This document shows positions 16,461 through 23,927 of a stretch of 54,509 bases of DNA, piece after piece. Each line of letters starts with the position of its first letter. Position 1 is the stretch's first letter. The translations under genes were made by a program, and so were the position numbers. The notes beneath the pieces are model-generated. The model ran no database searches. It saw nothing but the letters and a program-made list of their open reading frames with translations, and was not told where the DNA came from. Source of the DNA: Candidatus Woesearchaeota archaeon (lineage in GTDB: Archaea; Nanobdellota; Nanobdellia; Pacearchaeales; GW2011-AR1); assembly GCA_964366925.1 (NCBI GenBank), contig CAYIVX010000001.1, positions 1 through 54,509 of the forward strand. The letters run 5' to 3'.

Positions 16461-16574
16461 TTATTTATTCCAAATTAGGAATAAATTAATCCACTTTTGA
16501 AGCCTTGACTTCTTCTTAAGTTTCTCAATTTCTTCTTTTTGTTCTTTTAATTCCTTTTCAATTTGTTCTTCCAT
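16461..16574 (-). CDS. Possible 37-aa ORF immediately downstream of the integrase
   Basis: Own translation: MEEQIEKELKEQKEEIEKLKKKSRLQKWINLFLIWNK. The ATG lies 1 nt after the integrase stop. Weak support. Confidence 0.25.
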   Translation of the reverse strand: MEEQIEKELKEQKEEIEKLKKKSRLQKWINLFLIWNK

Positions 16575-16575
16575 C

Positions 16576-17733
16576 TTAGATATCCTCCTTTATCTCTAAA
16601 TGTAAGCTATCCGCTACCATATCGAACTTTTTAATATATTTTTCAAGATTTGCCAGCCGTTCTTGCATTATAACCTTCTCTTTCTCAGATTTTTCGAGTC
16701 TTTGCTCAATTTCGGTTTTTGTTAGATCTAGAAGCATATCTTCCTGACTTATCGTATCCTTCATTCCCAATAATTCAGAATAATAATGGATTTTATCGCT
16801 TTTTTTCCAGCCAAATCTATACTTTAAGGCAGATTCAGACTTATATCTTGGAAGCCAGTAACAGCAAGCATTATGTCTAAAATCGTATAAAGTTAATTCA
16901 GAATATTTCTGCCCAGCAGGGCTTTTTCCTTCACCCAGTACTCTCGTAGCTAATCTTTGGAGATACTGATTTGTTCTGCTCGGGCTTATTTTAAATAGAT
17001 AATCTTCAGAGTTTAATTGGAAAACCTTGATATATTCTTTGATTAATTCTGAACTTAACATTAGCTTAATTCTTCTTCCGAAAGTTTTGCTGATTTCATC
17101 TCGTATATTAAGCTCTTTGAAATCATTAAAGAAGTCTGATACTTTTATATTCATTAATTCTGTAGGCGCCCTAATTCCCGTATCAAAAAGAAACATCATT
17201 AAGACTTTATAATTAAATTTAGCATTATCACATAATTGCTTGACCTGCTCTTCAGTTAAATATACCCAATCAGGTTTATCTCTAGAAGTATCAAGATCGA
17301 TAGTTATATCGGGTATATCTTTCCCTTTTTTCCTATTAACTTTTTGATACCAGTGCCAGAAAGCCTTGAATGCTTTAACATAATCCGCAGTTGCTATAAA
17401 CACCTCGCCATTAAGCCTTCTTATCTCTCCATAACGCATTCCTGAGAAAAAGCCCATTAGTTGTTCTTCACTAATATCTATCACACAATCAAGATCGTGC
17501 AATTCCTTAAATTTCTTTGAAAAGAAAATAAGTCTATTCTTTAAAGAATTCAGTCTTGAATGGCTTCTAGACCCTTTAACACTTTCTTGAGCAATATTTA
17601 ACCCCTTTTCCATATCGTTTAGATATTGAAGTATAATTGCAGAATTTTTTTGACTTACACTTGCAATATTCTGCTGATTTTTATCTTTCCATGCAAGATA
17701 CATTTCTTTATGTTTGTACGGGTCTATTTTCAT
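16576..17733 (-). CDS. Tyrosine recombinase / integrase
   Basis: Has FDTGIRAPTEL (box I Arg), LYDFRHNACCYW (H/R box) and SDKIHYYSELLG (candidate catalytic Tyr). 385 aa with a coiled-coil C-terminus. Adjacent to the right att-like repeat. Confidence 0.85.
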   Translation of the reverse strand: MKIDPYKHKEMYLAWKDKNQQNIASVSQKNSAIILQYLNDMEKGLNIAQESVKGSRSHSRLNSLKNRLIFFSKKFKELHDLDCVIDISEEQLMGFFSGMRYGEIRRLNGEVFIATADYVKAFKAFWHWYQKVNRKKGKDIPDITIDLDTSRDKPDWVYLTEEQVKQLCDNAKFNYKVLMMFLFDTGIRAPTELMNIKVSDFFNDFKELNIRDEISKTFGRRIKLMLSSELIKEYIKVFQLNSEDYLFKISPSRTNQYLQRLATRVLGEGKSPAGQKYSELTLYDFRHNACCYWLPRYKSESALKYRFGWKKSDKIHYYSELLGMKDTISQEDMLLDLTKTEIEQRLEKSEKEKVIMQERLANLEKYIKKFDMVADSLHLEIKEDI

Positions 17734-17840
17734 GTTTTATTGAAAGCAAGAGTTTTAAAAACTCTCTTGTATTTTTACCTGTACATACTCATCTTAGAGT
17801 AAAGGATGCCCGCCGAAAGTCACACAAACGTATAGGTATC

Positions 17841-17978
17841 GGTGGGGGCATTTTGCTGCTAAAGAATGAAGCAGTAGGCCACCAAGGTTCAGAAACTGAA
17901 GATTTCTGACTCTCCAACTCTCGCGAGTTGAAGACAATAAAAATTCAGAAATAATTTTTTAGCTGGTGGGGGCATTAA
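17841..17978. repeat. Duplicated tRNA-Glu 3'-end fragment GGTGGGGGCATT flanking a 112-bp insert
   Basis: The 12-nt repeat occurs at 17841-17852 and 17965-17976. The insert carries hairpin TCAGAAA-ctgaaga-TTTCTGA (17889-17909) and hairpin CAACTC-tcgc-GAGTTG (17915-17930). Confidence 0.6.
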
Positions 17979-18725
17979 TTAAACTTCTATTTTAGAAAAC
18001 AAATAACTTCCAATAATTGTAACTATGAAAGAAATAATTATTAATACAAAAAAGTCAGTTGCTAATCCTAAATGGCTTATTCCTGTTAGGGCTCCTCTTA
18101 TTCCATCAACACCATAGGAAAGAGGATTTAGTTTGATTATGAATCCTATTGCTGCTGGCAGGCTGTCTAAGGGAAATAATGCTCCTGATAAAAAGAAAAC
18201 GGGCATTATAATAAAATTCATAATTAGTTGAAATCCTTGCATATCTTCTAATTTTGAGGCTATTGCAGTTCCTAGTGCAGTGAATAATATTGCAATTAAA
18301 AATATAAAAATCATTGCTATTGGGATCATTGTCCAATTTGTAGGTCTGAATCCTATTAACAAAGATATTAAGAAAACTACAAGTCCTTGAATTGAAGCAA
18401 CAGTCGCTCCGCCCATTGTTCTTCCCAACATTATTCTATATCTTGAAACAGGGGCAACAAGAGTTTCTTTTAGAAATCCGAATTGTCTATCCCAAATGAT
18501 TTCTATACCATTAAACATTGCGGTGAATAATACCGACATGGCGATTATTCCCGGAGCTAGAAAATCAATGTAATTTCCTCCACCTGCTTTTTGAAATATT
18601 GGACCAAATCCAAATCCCAAAGCTACCAAAAATAATAAGGGTTGTGCTAAAGAGCCAACTATTCTAGTTTTAGATCTGAGATATCTTTTTACTTGTCTCA
18701 ACCACATAATATAAATTGCACCCAT
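17979..18725 (-). CDS. ABC-2 type transporter permease
   Basis: 248 aa with six hydrophobic spans. Immediately downstream of the ABC ATPase, with the typical ABC-2 layout. Confidence 0.8.
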   Translation of the reverse strand: MGAIYIMWLRQVKRYLRSKTRIVGSLAQPLLFLVALGFGFGPIFQKAGGGNYIDFLAPGIIAMSVLFTAMFNGIEIIWDRQFGFLKETLVAPVSRYRIMLGRTMGGATVASIQGLVVFLISLLIGFRPTNWTMIPIAMIFIFLIAILFTALGTAIASKLEDMQGFQLIMNFIIMPVFFLSGALFPLDSLPAAIGFIIKLNPLSYGVDGIRGALTGISHLGLATDFFVLIIISFIVTIIGSYLFSKIEV

Positions 18726-19523
18726 TTATCTTCTCCACATCCTCCTATGTGCTCTTAATCCATCTTTAGCTGAAGCTTGTTCTTCTCTAATGGCATGTCC
18801 GGTTAATTTAAGAAAAGCTTCTTCAAGAGATTTTGAATTGGTTTCTTTTTTTAATTCGTTAGGAGTTCCTTTTAACATTATTTTTCCATGATCTATAATT
18901 GCAATACTATCTGCCATTTTTTCTGCCTCTTCCATATAGTGTGTTGTTAGAAATATTGTCATGTTTTCTTTTTTATTAAGTTTCATGATATATTCCCAAA
19001 GAAAATTTCTTGTTTGAGGGTCTAGGCCTATTGTAGGTTCGTCAAGAAATAATATTTTTGGATGGTGAATAAGCCCTCTTGCAATTTCGAGTCTTCTTTT
19101 CATGCCTCCTGAAAATGTTTTAACTAAATTATCTTTTCTAGCCCATAGCTCTACTAATTTCATTAATTCGGGAATTCTTTTTTCGCTTAATTTTTTTGGA
19201 ACATTGTATAAGACCGCATGAAATTCCATATTTTCATAGGCTGTAAGTTCATCATCTAAACTTGGATCTTGAAATACTATTCCGAATGATTTTCTTACTT
19301 CATCGGTATTTGATATGGGTGAAAAATCATTTACTTTTATTTCTCCAGAGGTTGGATGCAGAAGAGTAGTAAGCATTTTTATTGTTGTAGTTTTTCCTGC
19401 TCCATTTGGACCAAGAAATGCAAAAATTTCTCCTGTTTTTACGTTAAAAGAAATATTATTTACTGCCGTAAATTTTCCGAATTTTTTAACTAGATTTTTT
19501 ACTTCTATAATCTCTCTTTTCAT
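18726..19523 (-). CDS. ABC transporter ATP-binding protein (DrrA/CcmA-like)
   Basis: Walker A is GPNGAGKTT, Q-loop is VFQDP, signature is FSGGMKRRL, Walker B is ILFLDEPTIGLD, and the H-loop is TTHYMEEA. Confidence 0.9.
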   Translation of the reverse strand: MKREIIEVKNLVKKFGKFTAVNNISFNVKTGEIFAFLGPNGAGKTTTIKMLTTLLHPTSGEIKVNDFSPISNTDEVRKSFGIVFQDPSLDDELTAYENMEFHAVLYNVPKKLSEKRIPELMKLVELWARKDNLVKTFSGGMKRRLEIARGLIHHPKILFLDEPTIGLDPQTRNFLWEYIMKLNKKENMTIFLTTHYMEEAEKMADSIAIIDHGKIMLKGTPNELKKETNSKSLEEAFLKLTGHAIREEQASAKDGLRAHRRMWRR

Positions 19524-19692
19524 TTTATTAAAAAGTTTTCAGGGTTTATAAATTTGAGTTATCCAAAGCTTCTTAAATGGATTTTATTTAATTTGAGGAG
19601 ATTATATTCATCACAATTCATAGTCATCCCCACTAAGGTTGGGATGATAGCACTGCGGCTCGCGGCGCCGCAGTGCACTCATATTCCTTAAT

Positions 19693-20262
19693 ATGCCAAT
19701 ATACATAATAGAACATTTGGAACCTCAACTTTGGGACTGGTGTTTAATTGAATATGAAAATATTTCAAATATAGTTGGAAAAGAGAATCTTTGGTTTACA
19801 AATATAAAATCCTCTTTGGAGAGTAAAAAACTTGAGAAATTTGGCAAAGTTTTTTCAGATAGTGTTCGTAAGATGAAACTGAGGGGTGTATGTGTTTTAG
19901 ATCCTGATGCTGAAAAAACACTGGCTCCTTCTGATAAATTTGAATATTATATTTTTGGAGGTATTCTTGGTGATTTTCCTCCAAGAAAAAGAACAAAAGA
20001 AGAATTAACTAAGTTTATTAAAAATTCACAGGTAAGAAATATCGGGAAAGAACAGATGTCTACAGATAATGCAGTTTATACTGTTAAACAAATTGCAGAT
20101 GGAAAGAAATTTGAAGAATTAAAGTTTATTGATGATGCGGTTATTCAATTGAGTGAGTTTGAAAGTGTTGAATTGCCTTATAGATATAATCTTGTTAATG
20201 GAGAACCTTTTATGAGCAAGAAGATTGTGGAATATATTAAGAAGAAGGGTGCGTTTAGATAG
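19693..20262 (+). CDS. SPOUT-fold methyltransferase of the DUF431/Sfm1 family
   Basis: IYIIEHLEPQLWDWCLIEYENIS, VCVLDPDAEKTL, YYIFGGILGDFPPRKRTKEL and MSTDNAVYTV closely parallel yeast Sfm1 (YOR021C) as I recall it. Confidence 0.65.
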   Translation: MPIYIIEHLEPQLWDWCLIEYENISNIVGKENLWFTNIKSSLESKKLEKFGKVFSDSVRKMKLRGVCVLDPDAEKTLAPSDKFEYYIFGGILGDFPPRKRTKEELTKFIKNSQVRNIGKEQMSTDNAVYTVKQIADGKKFEELKFIDDAVIQLSEFESVELPYRYNLVNGEPFMSKKIVEYIKKKGAFR

Positions 20263-20300
20263 ATTTTTTAGAGTTAGTAATTAAAACTTTAATTTTGAAA

Positions 20301-20540
20301 ATTTCGTAAACATTATTCTTTAAAAATTTATTAATGTACTATTTCGGAAGCAAAAGTTTAATCTGAATAGGTCTTACAAATTTTTAGCTGTAAGTTTTTG
20401 GTTTAGAGTAATTTATTATTAATGCAATAAATTTTGGAAGCAGAAGTTTTGTGAAGAGGTAAGTTTTGGATTTGTGGAATTATCAATAATCATTAAATTT
20501 ATGCGAAGCAGTCTCTTAAAAAATTGAGCTTATCAATTTT
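20301..20540 (+). repeat. Family-1 intergenic repeat, two tandem diverged cores plus 3' module
   Basis: ATTTCGTAAACATTATTCT at 20301-20319 is identical to 32572-32590. The cores begin ATTAATGTACTATTTCGGAAGCAAAAG and ATTAATGCAATAAATTTTGGAAGCAGAAG. The module TATGCGAAGCA is at 20500. Confidence 0.6.
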
Positions 20541-20580
20541 TCTTCGTTAAACTTATAAATAGCTGAAACAATATTTAATA

Positions 20581-21117
20581 ATGAAAGAGGGAGAAGTAAT
20601 AAAAGAGCTTAGGCAGGCAAATATTAGCCTCATACTTGATTCTTATGAAGATATTTTTTCAAGTTTTGATCCACGGGAATATTCTGAACGAGCATTATCT
20701 GATGATTTTTTAATAGAGTGTAATCATGCTGCCATGGATAAGGGTGAGGGTATTGAACTTATTTTATCTATGCCCAAAAATAAACGAAATTTTAATGATG
20801 AATTTAAAATTAAAAAAAGATTAAAAGAACATTTTAAAAAACATTTTCTTGAAAAGCAAAAGGAACAAAAAGCTATTAAAAAACAAGGAATAATTTGGAT
20901 TTTAATTGGAACAATTCTTCTTTTTACAGAAACTTTTATTAAAACATATAGCTCTGGTTTTATTTTAAATATGTTAAGCTTGATTATGGAGCCCGCAAGC
21001 TGGTTTAGTTTTTGGGAAGGGTTGGCTAAAGTATTTATTTATGCTAAACAGGAAGTTGTTGATTATGATTTTTATAAAAAAATGGCTAATGTTTCCGTAA
21101 CATTTATTTCTTATTAA
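20581..21117 (+). CDS. Hypothetical protein with C-terminal TM segments
   Basis: 178-aa ORF with a K/E-rich middle and two or three C-terminal hydrophobic spans. Its stop abuts the start of the pilin-like gene. Confidence 0.5.
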   Translation: MKEGEVIKELRQANISLILDSYEDIFSSFDPREYSERALSDDFLIECNHAAMDKGEGIELILSMPKNKRNFNDEFKIKKRLKEHFKKHFLEKQKEQKAIKKQGIIWILIGTILLFTETFIKTYSSGFILNMLSLIMEPASWFSFWEGLAKVFIYAKQEVVDYDFYKKMANVSVTFISY

Positions 21118-21609
21118 ATGGGACTTTCAAAAATCGGTTTGATAAAAAATAAGCAGGGATGGCTACGAATAGTTGAAGCTTTTATTTCCGTAATGTTAAT
21201 TATGGGTGTTGTTTTAGTTGTTGTCTCAAAAGCTCAGCCAAAAACTTCTACTGCTGATGAGATTAGAAGGATTCAGAAATATGCTCTTGATTATGTTACT
21301 AATGATGAAACTTTAAGAAATCAGATTCTTAGTGGTAATTTGATGGGGGTTAATGATAAATTGAAATCAATTATTCCTGGAAATTTGAATTATCTTATTC
21401 GGGTGTGTAATTTTAATGATGTTTGCTCATTTACTAATGGTTCAAAGGGCATTATTGTTTCTACCGAAGTTTATTCTGACGAGGCCCCAATTTTTGCAAA
21501 TCTTACTTATTATGATCCTGCTAATCCTAAAAAATTAAAACTGTTTTTTTGGGAAGGTAATTATCCTGCAGATGTTACACCCCCAAATTATTCAGTTAGA
21601 CAAGTTTAG
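21118..21609 (+). CDS. Type IV pilin-like protein (class III signal peptide candidate)
   Basis: The N-terminus is MGLSKIGLIKNKQGWLRIVEAFISVMLIMGVVLVVV: a basic leader, a Gly, then a hydrophobic helix containing a Glu. The remainder looks like a secreted domain. Confidence 0.45.
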   Translation: MGLSKIGLIKNKQGWLRIVEAFISVMLIMGVVLVVVSKAQPKTSTADEIRRIQKYALDYVTNDETLRNQILSGNLMGVNDKLKSIIPGNLNYLIRVCNFNDVCSFTNGSKGIIVSTEVYSDEAPIFANLTYYDPANPKKLKLFFWEGNYPADVTPPNYSVRQV

Positions 21610-21619
21610 AAATCAAGAT

Positions 21620-22240
21620 TTATTCTTCAAGAACTATTCTTGCATCAATAACTTTAGCTTTATTTTTTGAAATGGTTAAGGGATTAATATCTAATTCAAT
21701 TATGTTTGGATGTTTTTTTACTAAACTTTGTATTTTATCTATATTTTTTTCTATTTCTTCAAGAGTTACATCTTTTTCTTCTAGAATTTTATAAAACTTA
21801 GTCTCTTTAATCATTTCTTTTAATTCTTTTTTAGTTGTTGGAAGAACTCTAAAAGAAACGTCTTTTTCTTTTTCTACATTAATTCCACCGTGTCCGAATA
21901 AGATTATATGCCCAAATTCTGGAGTTTTTTTAATTCCAATTATAGCTTCTTCTCCAGAGAACATTTCTTGAACTATTGCTTCTTCAAAGCCTTCTATTTT
22001 TGAAAGTTTATCAAATGCTTCTTGTGCAGACATTGAATTATTTATATCCAATATAACTCCGCCAACCTTAGCCTTGTGTGCTATCTTTGTAGAACTTAGT
22101 TTCATTGCCCAGGGAAATTTTATTGTTTTTGCTGCTGTTTTTACTTCTTCGCTACTTTTTATTGAAGCTCTTTTGATTACCTTAAATCCTTCTTTTTCTA
22201 GAAAGTTTTCAGCTTCTTTTTCAGTTAATGTTTTTTGCAT
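21620..22240 (-). CDS. acdB: ADP-forming acetyl-CoA synthetase beta (ATP-grasp) subunit-like protein
   Basis: 206 aa. EAENFLEKEGFKV...KFPWAMKLSS...HKAKVGGVILDI...GFEEAIVQEM is typical of an ATP-grasp_5 domain. Divergent from the alpha subunit gene. Confidence 0.65.
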   Translation of the reverse strand: MQKTLTEKEAENFLEKEGFKVIKRASIKSSEEVKTAAKTIKFPWAMKLSSTKIAHKAKVGGVILDINNSMSAQEAFDKLSKIEGFEEAIVQEMFSGEEAIIGIKKTPEFGHIILFGHGGINVEKEKDVSFRVLPTTKKELKEMIKETKFYKILEEKDVTLEEIEKNIDKIQSLVKKHPNIIELDINPLTISKNKAKVIDARIVLEE

Positions 22241-22252
22241 AAATCTAAATGG

Positions 22253-22437
22253 AACAAAACCTATTTATACCTTGCTCTTTTCGATATTAAATGTAGGAGG
22301 GATAAGTAAAAAACTTAAATCAGCCCTTCGGGTTCGTGTAGAAAAGTTTTTTATATCTCAGAAAATCCTTGATTTTCTGATCTGTTATTTTTGTAACTAA
22401 ATTTAACAACAAAAATAACAAAACCTATTTATACCTT
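22253..22437 (+). promoter_or_regulatory. Perfect 21-bp direct repeat AACAAAACCTATTTATACCTT (TATA-containing) flanking a 143-bp insert
   Basis: Copies are at 22253-22273 and 22417-22437. The second lies ~25 nt upstream of the acdA ATG (22461). The first lies ~30 nt upstream of the family-2 element. Confidence 0.6.
22303..22392 (+). ncRNA. Family-2 structured element, copy 1 (candidate small RNA or terminator module)
   Basis: Helix TAAAAAACTT/AAGTTTTTTA encloses CAGCCCTTCGGGTTCGTG. Then comes hairpin CAGAAAAT-ccttg-ATTTTCTG and the tail CTGTTATTTTT. About 78% identical to 33264-33349 (minus strand), with compensatory changes. Confidence 0.45.
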
Positions 22438-22460
22438 ATCCTTCTTTTAAATTTACAAAG

Positions 22461-23732
22461 ATGGAAAGTTTAAAAGAGTTTTTTAATCCTAAGACGATAG
22501 CAGTAATTGGGGCTTCAGATCATGAAGAAAAAGTTGGTGGGATATTATCAAAAAAAATAATGGAATCCAAGGCAAAATTAATTCCTATAAATCCCAAACA
22601 CGAAGAGATTTTTGGAATAAAATGCTATAAAAATATTCTTGACTATTCTGGTAAGATTGATTTGGCAATTATTGTTATTCCCTCTTTGTTTGTTGTTGGG
22701 GCAATGAATGAATGTGCTAAAAAAAATATAAAAAATGTAATTATCGTCAGTGCTGGTTTTTCTGAAATTGGAAATACAAAAGGAGAACAAGAATTAATCG
22801 AGATAGCAAATAAAAATAATATTCGATTTATTGGACCTAATTGTTTCGGTATATGTAATCCCTATAGAGAGTTAGATACTACTTTTTCAGCAACAGGTCC
22901 GAAGAAAGGAAATATTGCATTTATCAGTCAAAGTGGTGCATTATGGAGTTATTTATCTGATTTTTGTGGTGATAAGAAAATTGGTTTTTCCGGATTTGTT
23001 AGTCTTGGGAATATGGGTGATTTGGGTTTTAATGATTTTATAGAATATTTTTCAGAAGATAAAAATACAAAAAACATTCTTCTTTATGTTGAAAAATTAA
23101 AGGATGGTAAAAAATTTATAAAGGCCTGTAAAAAATGCAAAAAACCGATTTATGCTATAAAAGCTGGAAGTTCTGAAGTTGGAAGTAAGGCTGCATTTAG
23201 TCATACTGCTAGTTTAGCTTCTGATTATGAAATTTATCGTGGTGCATTTAAACAGGCAGGAGTTATTCTTTGTGATTCTTTACTAGAAGCTTTAGAAAAA
23301 ATGACTGGTAAAAAGATAATTGATGTAAAACCCAATTCTGTTGTAATCGGAAAAAAAGTATTTATTATAACTAATGCTGGTGGTGCTGGTGCTTTGCTTT
23401 CAGATTATCTTTCTAAGAAAGGTTTCGAAGTAGTTAAGCAACCTTGGGACATTATCGGAACAGCAACTGGCAGTGATTATTTTAATGCTCTTGAAAAGAT
23501 TAAAGCTGAAACTTTTTATGATTCTATTCTAGTTCTTCTTACTCCTCAAAGTATGACTGAGATTAAAAAAACGGCTGAAGCAATTACTACTTTTAGGGAT
23601 TTTACTAAAAAAAGTGTAGTTGCTTTATTTTTGGGAAAAGAAGCTGTTGGAGAAGCTACGCCTATTTTTGAAGAAGCAGGAATTCCTTATTTTAATACTC
23701 TTGAAGAAGCTAGGGAAGTTTTGAGTTTTTAG
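22461..23732 (+). CDS. acdA: ADP-forming acetyl-CoA synthetase alpha subunit (CoA-binding / succinyl-CoA-synthetase-like)
   Basis: FFNPKTIAVIGAS (CoA-binding start), GPNCFGI, ISQSGAL, and SHTASLAS (phospho-His loop-like). Confidence 0.8.
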   Translation: MESLKEFFNPKTIAVIGASDHEEKVGGILSKKIMESKAKLIPINPKHEEIFGIKCYKNILDYSGKIDLAIIVIPSLFVVGAMNECAKKNIKNVIIVSAGFSEIGNTKGEQELIEIANKNNIRFIGPNCFGICNPYRELDTTFSATGPKKGNIAFISQSGALWSYLSDFCGDKKIGFSGFVSLGNMGDLGFNDFIEYFSEDKNTKNILLYVEKLKDGKKFIKACKKCKKPIYAIKAGSSEVGSKAAFSHTASLASDYEIYRGAFKQAGVILCDSLLEALEKMTGKKIIDVKPNSVVIGKKVFIITNAGGAGALLSDYLSKKGFEVVKQPWDIIGTATGSDYFNALEKIKAETFYDSILVLLTPQSMTEIKKTAEAITTFRDFTKKSVVALFLGKEAVGEATPIFEEAGIPYFNTLEEAREVLSF

Positions 23733-23744
23733 TTCTTTAATTTG

Positions 23745-23923
23745 CACTTCGTTATTATTTAACTAATATTATTAATGCACTATCTCGGAAGTAGAAGTTT
23801 GGGCTTTAATTAGCTGGGAAAGTCTGAACAATTTGGATTGGTTTTATTGGATTATTATTATTATTATTATTATTAAAATTTATGCGAAGCACTTATTTGA
23901 AAAAAGCGAGCCGAAGGCTAGCC
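23745..23923 (+). repeat. Family-1 intergenic repeat (best-preserved copy, with (ATT)8 microsatellite)
   Basis: The 93-bp core at 23768-23860 differs at 4 positions from 32595-32687 by my count. (ATT)8 is at 23851-23874. The 3' module TATGCGAAGC...AAAAAAGCGAGCCGAAGG is at 23881-23918. Confidence 0.75.
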
Positions 23924-23927
23924 AGGA

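Larger units (their letters stand above)
13158..17978. mobile_element. Integrated element (~4.8 kb) in the 3' end of tRNA-Glu(CUC), bounded by GGTGGG[A/G]GCATTAA
   Basis: The 14-nt direct repeat occurs at 13158-13171 (overlapping the tRNA 3' end) and 17965-17978. An intact tyrosine recombinase sits next to the right end. The cargo is unknown ORFs. The right copy restores perfect acceptor pairing. Confidence 0.6.

Noticed and set aside
17637-17909. 90-aa plus-strand ORF
   Set aside because: It starts antisense within the integrase 5' end and runs across the att-like fragment region. There is no supporting signal.
23851-23874. Possible CRISPR-like or spacer-repeat organisation of the intergenic repeats and the (ATT)n runs
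   Set aside because: The copies are dispersed over 40 kb, one per intergenic region. There is no regular repeat-spacer periodicity and no cas genes. (ATT)8 is a simple microsatellite.
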